NCBI GenBank assembly: GCA_046563655.1
Contig: CM102289.1
Span: 7,440,001-7,504,000 of the forward strand
DNA length: 64,000 nucleotides
Direction of reading: 5' to 3'
Source: Yuukianura sp. NJ FZ-2021
Lineage: Eukaryota
The translations under genes were made by a program, and so were the position numbers. The notes under the pieces are model-generated. The model worked only from the letters and a program-made list of their open reading frames with translations, was not told the DNA's origin and did no database searches. Of this stretch, positions 25,717 to 37,183 are shown piece by piece. Position 1 is the first letter of the stretch. Every line of letters starts with the position of its first letter.

Positions 25717-27877
25717 ATGAGTCTGACCTTAGTAGATCCGCTACGCACCGATTTTAATTCGCAGGAGAATCCGAAGACTCTATCTTGTTTTGTTTGTGGC
25801 GATTCTGCTGACGAAAGCAACAATCCATTCAGTTCAGAATCTGTGCAGCAGCGTTACGTAGACAGTATATGTGAAGTCGTTGGATTGAGCAGATTTGAAA
25901 TTCATGATGCGCTCAAAAGATTTGAATGCTCAGATGACCTTGTTTTCTGCTCAAAGTGTCGATTCAACTTGCTAATGTTTCGTGATATTCAACTTCAACT
26001 GCAAAAGTTAAGCCTAGAATTATCCAACATTAAGGAGACACTTTCCAAAAATCTTTGCCAGGAGCGTAACGATGAAGACTCGCCTGGTGAATTAAGAAAA
26101 TACTTGATACAAGGTAATCGGCCAACTTGCTCTTAGTAACTACTACTACGGTCTGACGTATTTAGTTTTTAACATGGGATCGAACAAGTAGCCTACACTG
26201 ACTGAGTATATTTTGTTTTTAGAATATGAAACAAGACGAGGAGTAGTTTCTGTTAAACCGGAGAGTATTTTGGGAGACTTCGACATTATTGGCAACTGGA
26301 TTGATGTTACCGATTCTAATGACTTTCCAATTCCTGAAGACGATCCAGTTGTGGATATCAGCGCTCTTTCGGCACAATGGGGATTGAAGCCTTGTGCTGT
26401 CCAGGTTAACCGTATCAACGAAGGAATTGAGTCGAACCCGTTGGATTCCGAAGACGAGAGGAGACGGAAAAGACGTTTAAGGAAGTTATTAAGACGACAT
26501 GGAATTGAACTCATTGAACATGCCGAACGGAAACGGCGCAAGGAAGAAAAGAAGGAAATGGCCAACGATAAAACCAAAAAATTACCAACCATCAAATGCC
26601 CGTCGTGTCCAAAGTATCTCGATTCAGAAGAATTGTTACGATTTCACGTTCGGAAAACTCATGAAAATAGCAAACTGCCGTACAACTGTTCCTGCTGCGA
26701 AATAGAGTTTGACAGTCTCCGAAAGCTTCGAGTCCACGAAACTTCCAATGGTCATGGTTTAGCAAAAAATGGATTCGAATGTAAAAGTTGTCTCCATTTA
26801 TTTCGAACGCAAGAAAACTACGAAGCACATTTGGAACGACAAGGTGGGGAATGTAAACGAGAACTTTTGCCACAAAATTGTACTTTCGATCGATCTCAGA
26901 TAAAGAAGCATAGGTATATTTGTGGTGAAGAAAATTGTGGGAAAAAATACAGGTAGTTTGAACATCTTAAGTCGTAACTAATTACACAGATAGGGAACTT
27001 ATACTTAATTTTAATTGGCCCGATTGATTATAATAATTGCAGGTCTGCCCATCTTTTGAAGGTTCACATTCGAGCGGCACACACAGAGGGTTTTGCGTTT
27101 CTCTGGTAAGGTGTCTAGTATTGGTTGTGTAATTTTTGTTAACGAAAATTTAGTACTAATCGGTTCTTAATATAGTGAATTCTGCTCCAAACCTTTCAAA
27201 ACAAAATGCGCCATGGTTAATCATCAGCGAGTTGAACATCTTGAGCAACTGCTGCCTAATCATGCGAATGCAGAAGTGTTACTGGAAAAGGCCAAGAAGC
27301 TAACGTGCGAAATTTGTCAAATGCGTTTCACAACTATTAAGGTAATCAAGTTATTCCGCATAATCACAAATACAAAGATCCATTGAAATTCCCATTCCTA
27401 GTCTTCTGCCTCTTTCATGTACCAATATTACAGTGTTTGCAAGAGCATAACACAAAGGAACATACCAAGGCGTTCTTATATTGTTGCGACGTTTGTGGAT
27501 CTCGTTGGGTTACAAAAGCTGACTTAGAAAGACACTTTGCCAGTCATACTAAAGATCGTAAATTTCCATGTACACAATGTGACCTGAAATTTATACGGCG
27601 AGATCAACTCAAGCGGCACATCAGAGTTAAACATGGAGATGGATCAGACAAAAAATACATTTGTACCTACTGTGACAAAGCATTCTTCAGTACTACAGCA
27701 CGTCGAAGACATGAAGCTCTAATGCACCTCATAGACAGAAAAGATCCAAGTGCCTACAAATTTGCGTGCGATTTTTGTGACTATACTTGCATCAGCAAAG
27801 ACTACTTGAAAATTCATCAGCGTTGCAAGAAGCATTTAGCGAAACTGGCGGAGTTTGGTGCACTGAGCAACAACTGA
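25717..27877 (+). CDS. ZAD-like domain plus C2H2 zinc-finger protein (gene 1, isoform A, 599 aa)
   Basis: N-terminal CFVC...FCSKC (ZAD-like) and multiple C2H2 fingers. Exons 25717-26113, 26223-26952, 27043-27105, 27176-27341, 27434-27877. Confidence 0.88.
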
Positions 27878-28087
27878 CGACAACTTGCCCAATTAGAATT
27901 ACATTAGGATTTTATTCTAATTATTTAAATTGTGTTACTACTACTTATACAATTTAGTCATAAAACTCATTAAACCGAATATTTGTGAGACTCTTAGTCA
28001 TATTCTGTGCTAGAACTTAACCGATTATTTCCTAAACTAGTTGCCCTTTATAAAGTATGCTAATAATTACTTTGCTTTTAATTGCAG

Positions 28088-28585
28088 ACAAAACTGTACC
28101 ATGAACTAAATCATCGGAACAAGGAGGAATCGACCTACCAATGCGATATTTGTGGATCTCGATATCTAACCCCAGATAGACTCCATACTCACCTTAGAGT
28201 CCATCAAAAACGATATTCATGTGAAGTTTGTGGAATGATCTTTGCGTCAGCCAAAAAACTGGAAGTACACTTGTACGCCAAGCATAGTATCGGCGACATC
28301 GGGAAGACCAAGCAGTGTCCTCATTGTGACAAAATGTTCTGGGACAACTCTCATGTGAATCGTCACATCAAACTGATGCACTCTTCCAGTTCAACCAATT
28401 CAACAACGACTACAAACGAGTTTGCATGTGATCTCTGCTCCTACACTTGCGCAGTTCGTGACTACCTTGTAATTCATTCTCGGACGAAGAAACATTTAAG
28501 AAGAGTTGAAGACCTTGGCCTAACGGATTCTAAAGCTGGCCTCAGATTTCCACCAGACAAATTGTCCAGGCGGGCGGTAACCTAA
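28088..28585 (+). CDS. Extra C2H2 terminal exon (alternative last exon of ZNF gene 1, or a duplicated remnant)
   Basis: Acceptor tttgcttttaattgcag|; phase 0; begins TKLYHELNH, which completes the finger begun by CEICQMRFTTIK in exon 27176-27341; four further fingers; stop at 28583-28585. Confidence 0.75.
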   Translation, partial: TKLYHELNHRNKEESTYQCDICGSRYLTPDRLHTHLRVHQKRYSCEVCGMIFASAKKLEVHLYAKHSIGDIGKTKQCPHCDKMFWDNSHVNRHIKLMHSSSSTNSTTTTNEFACDLCSYTCAVRDYLVIHSRTKKHLRRVEDLGLTDSKAGLRFPPDKLSRRAVT

Positions 28586-29015
28586 ATTATTCTGGACTAC
28601 TAATCGCTGACTTTCGTTAGTGAAATTAACGATTAGCATTAGCGGTGATGCGCCTTTGTGAATTCGCGTTGTTTGTGTGTAAAGGCGGGAAGGCGGGACT
28701 GTACTGATTTCAAACGAAAAATTTCTAGTTTGTGGATCTGTTTCTTTTTTTCTTTTGTTTTTTTTAGGAGTTTCCTTTTTAGTAAGTTTGGAAGTTTGCT
28801 GTTCAATGGAATCGAAAATAAAGAGTTAAGTGGTAATTTGAGGTATAAGAAACTAATCGATCAATGAAGGAACGTCCATCTCAGTGTTAATTCAGGTATT
28901 TACAATGATAATAATAAATTTCATTGATTCGCAAATAAATAAGATTTTTCTCTTCAGAAAGGATCCGATTCCGAACATCTTAATAACGCTGCAAGCAAAA
29001 CACGAAAACGAAACA

Positions 29016-31501
29016 ATGGAAGAAGAGGAAGGAGAAATTCGGCTGGAACTTGTACGTTCTGGTCCGGAAGATATTGACGTCCAACCCGCTAAGAAAATTT
29101 GTCTTATTTGTGCAACGGACGTTACAGATACCAGTATCAACGTCTCCATTTCTGCCGATGAGCACCATGATCAGCGTGATCGTGAAAGATTGAAGACAGT
29201 TTGCACAACGCTGCAATTAGGAAACTCTGAGAAAATTCTCCAGAAAGTAGATCAGGATGAAGAAATGAGACATCAAATCATGTTTTGCCAGAATTGTTTA
29301 ACGAATTTGGACGAATTTACTAATCTCCAGAACCAATTAACAGCACTTTCGCTTCAAATTAATCAAGTTCGAGAGACGGTGTGTAATGCATTTGCAGAGG
29401 CAGCAAACTCGACGAAATCGGAAGCCCTAGCAGATGGATCCGGATTGCGACAGGATATTTTAGCGGGTAAGTTACTTCAAGACTGCCTTCAATTTTGAAA
29501 TAAGGGACACTTGTTATTGTAATTCGTTTACATGTCTTCTAGAACTATATTCTGATATCAAGCAAGAAGTCATTGTGTCAGACGACGTTGGAGCTTATTT
29601 AGATTCACCCTCACCAGCATATGCTGATCTTTTTCTTGACAATGATGACGAGAATGAGGAAGAGTGGAAACCAGATGAATATTTTGAACCGATCGCTCAT
29701 TGCAAAACCAAATCACAACGCCCTCGTAGGGCATCCAGAAAGCGTCGATTTGATCGTCTGTTATCTGACGATGATTCCTCTCATTTGACAAAACCTTGCG
29801 AGGTACGCGTTACTCGGTTGGACTGCGACAACGGCACGGAGACAAAAGTATCCCGGAGATCCAAATTGGATAGACTAATTCTGAGTCACAAGAATAAACT
29901 TCGACGTAAATCGTCAAAGAAGCGGATAACAGAATTGAAACGAAAATGGGAAGCTGTTGTAAAATCGGAACCAGCCGACTCAGACGATTTTTTTTCACCC
30001 AATGTGCCTCCACCTAAAATCAAGAAAGAAAAGAAATTCGGTAGTGCTAATCGATCGACGGAACTGTGTCCTATTGGTGGATGTGAAGAGGAATTTATAC
30101 GTAAAGGCCATGTAGGATTCCATCTCAGACAAGTTCACGAAGGATTGCCAAAACCGTTCAACTGCCTTGCCTGTGAATCTGAATTCGAGACTCATCTAGA
30201 GTTAAAGAGGCATATACGGACTGAACACGAAGTAAATCGCAACACGAAGAAAAAGTTGGATTCTGGCACTCATGGAAGGCGTACTGGTACTGTTAACTGC
30301 GTAAAATGTACACAAAACTTTAATTGCTACCAGGATTTGGTGATGCACTATCGAAGACAAGGAGGTCAATGTACAAAAGAACCTTTGCCAGACAACTGTA
30401 CCGTCTCACTTGAGACGTTAGAAGATGGAAGCAAGTTGAAAATGTTTAACTGTGGTAGTTGCGATAAAACATTCAAGTAAGTTTCGACATGTTTGAGGTA
30501 TTCGGTTTAGTTTTTGTGCCAAATCTTTAAAATGTCAAGCCGGTAAGCAGTTTTTGCTAAAATGTTAATGTTAAATGTTTTTAGGAGGCGATACTTGCTG
30601 GATATTCATATCAAAGGGAATCACATGGGAACTCATCCTTACCTTTGGTAAAAAATCGAAGATTTGTTATTGGCTACAGCATGAACTTCATTTTAAACAT
30701 CATGCTTCATTTGAAACTGTATGTTTTTTTGTACTAGTGAAATATGTTGCAAACCTTTCAAACGAGAAAAGAGTCTGCACATGCATCAACGCTTATCACA
30801 TCCGGAGGAATATATGCAAACATATAACATTGACCAGCAGAAATTCATAGACGAAGCGAAATCCCGCCATTGCGATATTTGCAACAAAACTTTTACGAAT
30901 GCCCGGGTAAGACTAATACCAATGTAGGGTGATATTTAACGTATTAATGCCATCGATTGTAGTCTTGCATTAACTTAAATCTTACTTCTTTTACGCCCTC
31001 TAGTCCAGAAAAGTTCACGAGATGTTCCACAGTCAGCAGTACTTGTTCCGCTGTGAAACGTGTGGATTTGGATGTGCCAACAAACGAAATCTCGAAATGC
31101 ATCAGCTGAAGCATACCAATCCAAGAGATTTTCCTTGTACCCAATGTGACTTTCGTTTCAACAGATACGACAAACTGATGAGACACTTGCATCGAGTTCA
31201 TCAAGTTGGAGACACTAAGAAATCCATGGTTTGTGAATTTTGTTCTAAAAGTTTTTGGGACAAATTTTCACTCGGGCGCCATCAACGGATTATGCATCGA
31301 GAACACATCCCAAAAGAAGCAGTTGAAGAATTCGAGTGTAAGATATGTAAATACAGGTGTCCAGACAAAGGCTACCTTGGAATCCATCTCAAAACGAAAA
31401 AACATAAGAAACTGGCAGAGGCCGCGATAATGAAAGGCCAGCTCGTGGACCATTTCAAGGATGACAGCGATCAGCCTCCACTTCTTCTACCTGCAATTTA
31501 G
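29016..31501 (+). CDS. ZAD-like domain plus C2H2 zinc-finger protein (gene 2, 704 aa), paralog of gene 1
   Basis: CLIC...FCQNC, then C2H2 fingers. Exons 29016-29466, 29543-30476, 30585-30647, 30738-30906, 31004-31501; same intron phases and same 63-nt third exon as gene 1; shared RQGG-C--E-LP-NCT motif. Confidence 0.88.
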
Positions 31502-32102
31502 CTGCTTTCTGGCGTCTCCTGTGGTTCCTGTTGTTCCCACACTCTTTACCGTCGTCGTAAGTTAGTATATATTTAAATTGTCGCATTTAAACCTAAATCA
31601 AGTATGTTTTCATGCCACGTATATTTAATCTAGCGGAGCTTAAGGCGCTTTGTGAGGAAATCAAAGCAGGAAGGTGGTTGTTAGATGGAACTAGAAAATA
31701 TTAATAATTTATCTATTTAGTTAATATAATTTAATTTAATATTTCTAACCTTTTTTTAGTAGTTCAAATTAAAATGCACATTTTACCACTCTTCGCCCCA
31801 CCAAAAATAGACATTGCCATCGAATAGGATTTCAGGCGGGAGTGAGTGCACAGTATTAAAAGTTTCATTAATCTTAATTTTTTTTTATAATGCTAAGTTT
31901 TCACGTTAAATTTTCAGTTTTTTATGATAAATGGACACATGAGAGTGAGTTGAGTTGGAGGAATGGATTCGCGTCAGGCGTCACTGTAGGTAGGGTGAGG
32001 GGACCAATACACGCAAAGTAAAGTTCTACAAATTAATCAGCAATTGAAAATCAGCTGGGTAACTTGTTCCTCGGAAGTTCGCTTAAATCATTTACATCCA
32101 TA

Positions 32103-32877
32103 ATGGCTGAAGAGCAAACGAAACCAGCGGTCAAAGGTAAAGTTTTTAGTAATCTTAATCTTAACAAACTGGATACAGTAAAACTTACTTATGTATTGTT
32201 TTTGTGAATTTTTAGAAATAACGTTCCAGGAGTTGGAATCTGAGTTCCTCCAGAAAGGTATGAAGATGTGAATTCTATGATCCAGACGGAAGCATATGCA
32301 GCATTGCAAGATTTATTGAAAGTTGCTAATAAAAACAACTCATAAACTTTGAATGTTTTTCGATTCCAGGCAACTTGGTTTTCGTTGACGTCAGAAATCC
32401 CGATGAACTAATTTCGCAGGGAGCAATTCCAGGAGCAGTCAACATACCTTGTAATACTTAAAACGAGTTGCTATGTATCGACGATATGATTAGAATAATG
32501 TAGTGCTGCTTTAGTTTCGTAATTGATGTTTTCATTTTACGCTTATTTTGTTTTACGTTGCGCTTTTTACTTGTTTAGTACCAGAAGTGCCAGACGCATT
32601 TAAGAATTTGGATGCAGATGAATTCAAAAGCAAATACGGATTTGACAAATGCACTGCTGAACTCGTGTTTTCTTGTCGCAGTGGAAAACGAGCTGAAGCA
32701 GCTATCGGAAACCTCGATGGTGTTGTGCCAGTAGAACGTTGCAGGTAATTGATTACATTTCTGATACTCTTTTAATACTAATTAACTAAAATCACGCTAA
32801 TAATGTTTTTGTTTCTAAGGTTGTATCGCGGTAGTTTCACGGACTGGGAAGCCAACGATGGACCAATCAACAAATGA
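32103..32877 (+). CDS. Single-domain rhodanese/thiosulfate sulfurtransferase (TSTD/Hsp67Bb-like), copy 1
   Basis: Exons 32103-32136, 32216-32257, 32370-32450, 32579-32744, 32820-32877. VDVRNPDELISQGAIPGAVNIPL, active loop CRSGKR, YRGSFTDW. Confidence 0.92.
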
Positions 32878-33625
32878 ATTCCTTCTATTGATAGCAACAT
32901 CCGGCCCACAAATTCCATTCGAATTGATGAACTTTCGCCTCTTCAAACTAATAATTAATTCTTTTTTCTTTCTAGTGATTTCTAACTACTTATTTAGAAC
33001 TATTGTAGTCTCTGACATTTTAATTTCAGTTTTGCTGGGTCGCCACTCTCTCATGTAAATTTTTCAAGTACAATTGTGAGTATTCATTTTGCCCAATTTG
33101 AATTAGATTTTGAAAATTGGTTCGCAGAAAACGCTTGGCTTTTAGTCTGATTTTTTTTCTTGTCAATTGTCGATTTGATGTTTGTAACCGCGACAAACGT
33201 CTTAGGTTGAAGTGAATCAGTAGCTTCTATCTACATGTCCCTGGAAATCAAAGCGTTCATTGCGAATATTTATTTACGTATTTTTACCTTGGAATTACGT
33301 TGGATGAATACTAAAGTGTACAAGTCAATCTTGGACTAGAACTGAAGTAATTTAAATTTGAAAACGCCTAAGGTGGAAATCTTGTTTGTATCACAACACA
33401 ATAGGTGTAGGTTCACCCTGTGTTTGGTTTACTTCAACCTGAGACGTTTCTAGGGGTGACGCTTCAAAAATCAAAACAACTGCACAGGAAAAAATGAACT
33501 ATAGACGGCTTTGCGAAAATACTGACGAAATTGTCTACATCAAATCACATTAATTATTGGCATTCAATTAACCTCTGTTGTTCTTTCCTTTACAACAATT
33601 GACATTCGAGCTTGTTTAAATTATC

Positions 33626-34318
33626 ATGTCGAAAGCAAAAGTTCAAGGTGAGTGAACAATGTTTTACACAAAGTGAATATTTATGCTGTTAGTTTTGATA
33701 TTTCTTTTTTCGTTTGTTTAGAAATTACGTTCCAAGAGTTGAAATCCGACTTGATCGATAAAAAGAAACGTAAGTGTGTCATTGAATTTTTGAATTCCGA
33801 AACACGAGGTTACATTTTGATTTGGATTCTGCTTGAAGCCAACTTCGTACTGATTGATGTCAGAAATCCAGATGAACTGAAGTCTCAAGGAGCCATTCCA
33901 GGAGCTGTCAATATTCCTCGTGAGAAAAATACTGATTTTTTAAAATTCCGTGACGATTAGGAAATTTTTGTAGTCCTGATGAGTTATTTTTTTCTGCTAC
34001 AGTTCCAGAAGTAGTCGGTGCATTCAAGATGAACGCACAAGACTTCAAGGCCAAATACGGATTTGACAAAGATACTGCCGACTGTGTCTTCTCTTGTCGC
34101 AGTGGAATGCGGGCTGCAACGGCCATTGATAATCTCAACGGAATCGTCCCGATTGAACACATGAAGTAAGTAAAAGAGCATTCTAAGTCCAGTACATCCT
34201 AAATTCAGCAATAATCGGTGTAAGTAATGATTAATTAATCACACTTTATTTTTTATTCAGGTTGTATCGAGGGAGCTTCATGGATTGGGAAGCCAACAAA
34301 GGACCAATCAAAAAATAA
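33626..34318 (+). CDS. Single-domain rhodanese/thiosulfate sulfurtransferase, copy 2
   Basis: Exons 33626-33647, 33722-33769, 33839-33919, 34003-34165, 34261-34318. IDVRNPDELKSQGAIPGAVNIPL, CRSGMR, YRGSFMDW. Confidence 0.92.
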
Positions 34319-34520
34319 ACTCGCAACCAATTTCCTACATTCCAATTCGTTTCAACAAATTCAAATACTTTTCAACATCCAAGTGCATTGACCCATCTTA
34401 GCATTGAAAATTCTAGACCAATTGAACCTACTTTAACGAATTTAAATTACTAAAAGTCAAGTTCTTTAGCTAATTAAATGTTACTAAACACCGATATTTT
34501 GATCCAAAATTTCTGTAGAT

Positions 34521-35994
34521 TCATAGTGGTGTCACAGTCATTCCGCCAGTGATTCCTCCTCGCTGGTTTCCAAAAATGGCTGTAAGCAGTTGGCGAACAA
34601 TGTTCGTAGTTCTTTTGACATTTTCAGGCGTTCCTAAAACGGGGTTCACTTCAACCATATCCATGGATACCATTAGTTGAGTGCTATGAACTTCTTCTAT
34701 AAGGACATGAGCTTCCCGTAGGGTGAGTCCTCCGGGAACTAAATTTCAACAAACTTTTAAAAAACGTTTTCAGTGTTAGCAGATGATTGTTGTGTAGCTT
34801 TTCAAACCCGCAGTGCCGGTTGTGGGCACTTCAGTGTCATCGAGAACGTCAATGTCAAAGCTCAAGTGAAGCGGCCGTCGTCCATCGGCAGTAATTTTGT
34901 CCAGCGCCATTTTCGTGACGGCCCTGATTCCATGTCGATCAATGTCAGCCATGCTGTAAGCACTAATTCCCAACTTGTCAATGAAACACCTAAAATCAAT
35001 TCGAATTTTACTAAAAAATTTCAATTTCAATTTTTTTTCGGAATTCAGACTATTTGAGTTCATGTTGTTAACAAACCGTTCAGAGAAGTCGACATCTCGA
35101 AGACCGATATACGCTATGTTTTTAGCAGAGATTCTTGGAGTTAGCCAATCAAATCCAGGCAGTTTTTCTGTGTAAGGTTCCAGTTCTTTAATAAGGAATG
35201 ACAATGGCATTCCATGTAGATTTCCACTGGATGTGGTTTGAGCTGCATTGATATCCGCATGCGCATCGACCCACAAAACAGCCAGGTCGTCATACACTTG
35301 TGAGACGCCATGAATTGATCCAATGGCAATGGAATGATCTCCGCCAAGAGTCAAACTAATCCTGTCTTCTAGTAGAATTTTACGAACAGCGTCGGAAATC
35401 TGATACATTCAGACAACAAATTTTTTGAAAAGATATTTTTAAAAGAAATTTTGAGAAAAGCATTTAAGAATTTTCTAACCAGCTTGTTTGCTCGAGCCAC
35501 TTCAGGAACATTTTTTAAGTGACCTACTGACGTCTGAACAGTTTGAGCTGATGAATGTTTTCGTTGCTCCAAACCAAAATCAATGTCACCAAAATCTTTA
35601 ACGTCCAACTTTACTGCAAAAAAAATTGACATGTCAAAATTTTGAAAATGGGGGTCGAGCCATCAGTTCCTTGTTTTACGTTCAATGGTAAAAAAAATTT
35701 AGGCTTACAAGCGTCAGTTAGGAAACTAATGAATCCCGAATCTCTACAAATTTTTGGTCCAACTTCCGTACCAGCTATTCGCTGTTCAAACAGAATCAAA
35801 AAATTTATTCCAGTGATCAAAACTAAAATTTGAATTTGTTTTTTGAAAACCTGTCCTCTGTCGAAAGGAGCTCCAATTACGCCAATTCGAGTCTGTTGAT
35901 ACGGTCCTGTCCTTGTAGCAGTAGAAGCTGTTCGGAACACAATTGAAAATTGCTTAAAAGCTACAAGTCGTTTAAAAATTTTGATATTGGACAT
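34521..35994 (-). CDS. arg: Arginase with a basic, hydroxyl-rich N-terminus (possible mitochondrial transit peptide)
   Basis: Exons 35994-35851, 35781-35709, 35613-35480, 35399-35077, 34989-34808, 34738-34521. Motifs GAPFDRGQ, GGDHSIAIGS, WVDAHADIN, SGNLHGMP, IGLRDVD, HLSFDIDVLD, TGTAVPGGLTLRE, MVEVNP. Confidence 0.96.
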
Positions 35995-36419
35995 ATCGAA
36001 TGAAAAATTTTCAAGTTGCGGAAATTCTTAAAGGCCAACTTAGTTACTGACCTTCGGCGTGACTCTTCTAAATTAATTGCCACAAGCAGAAGCAGCATTT
36101 GGTTAACGTTGTCACCTTCAAAACGGGTTTTACAACTTTTTCCATTTAGCAAAGGCTTGACCAGGACCACTGGACATAAGCGAGACCTAGACATAGATCT
36201 AATATTGCAAATCCAAGGTTTTCTTATGTAAGTCTTATGAAATTCTAATTCATGGAATGAGATGATAGTTCAGATTTTTTGCGTCTTTTTGGAATTTTCT
36301 GAAGTTTTCTGAAAATTAAAATTTTCCTCGCTTGATTAATTCGTAAGTGAAGTTTCAAATTTCAGCGATTGTTTTGTTCAGGGCGTTCAGAAAGTATCTG
36401 AAATCCTAAAACCTGAAAC

Positions 36420-37145
36420 TATTTAAAAAGAGTGATTTTCCTACTAAATTTTTAACGTTTTGAAATTTCCAATTCTGTTATTTAAAAAGAGCGATTTTCC
36501 TACTAAATGTTTAACGTTTTGAAATTTCCAATTACCATGTTATATTTAAAAAAAGTGATTTTCCTAGTAAATTTTTAACGTTTTGGAATTTGGAATTATG
36601 TTATTTAAAAGAGTGATTTTCCTACTAAATTTTTAACGTTTTGGAATTTGGAATTATGTTATTTAAAAAGAGTGATTTTCCTACTAAATTTCTAACGTTT
36701 TGGAATTTGGAATTATGTTATTTAAAAAGAGTGATTTTCCTACTAAATTTTTAACGTTTTGGAATTTGGAATTATGTTATTTAAAAAGAATGATTTTCCT
36801 ACTAAATTTTTAACGTTTTGGAATTTCCAATTCTGTTATTTAAAAAGAGTTATTTTCCTACTAAATTTTTAACGTTTTGGAATTTGGAATTATGTTATTT
36901 AAAAAAAAGTGATTTTCCTACTAAATTTTTAACGTTTTGGAATTTGGAATTATGTTATTTAAAAAGAGTGATTTTCCTACTAAATTTTTAACGATTTGGA
37001 ATTTGAAATTATGTTATTTAAAAAAAGTGATTTTCCTACTAAATTTTTAACGTTTTGGAATTTGGAATTATGTTATTTAAAAAGAGTGATTTTCCTACTA
37101 AATTTTTAACGTTTTGGAATTTAGAATTATGTTATTTAAAAAGAG
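36420..37145. repeat. Tandem array, about 59-bp unit, about 12 copies
   Basis: Unit tatttaaaaagagtgattttcctactaaatttttaacgttttggaatttggaattatgt repeated head-to-tail. Confidence 0.97.
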
Positions 37146-37183
37146 GACGGATGGATGGACGGACGGAGGCGGATGGACGGATT
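37145..37183. repeat. (GGAC/GGAT)n microsatellite abutting the 59-bp array
   Basis: ggacggatggatggacggacggaggcggatggacgga. Confidence 0.85.

Noticed and set aside
36420..37145. CRISPR array
   Set aside because: Head-to-tail repeat without variable spacers.
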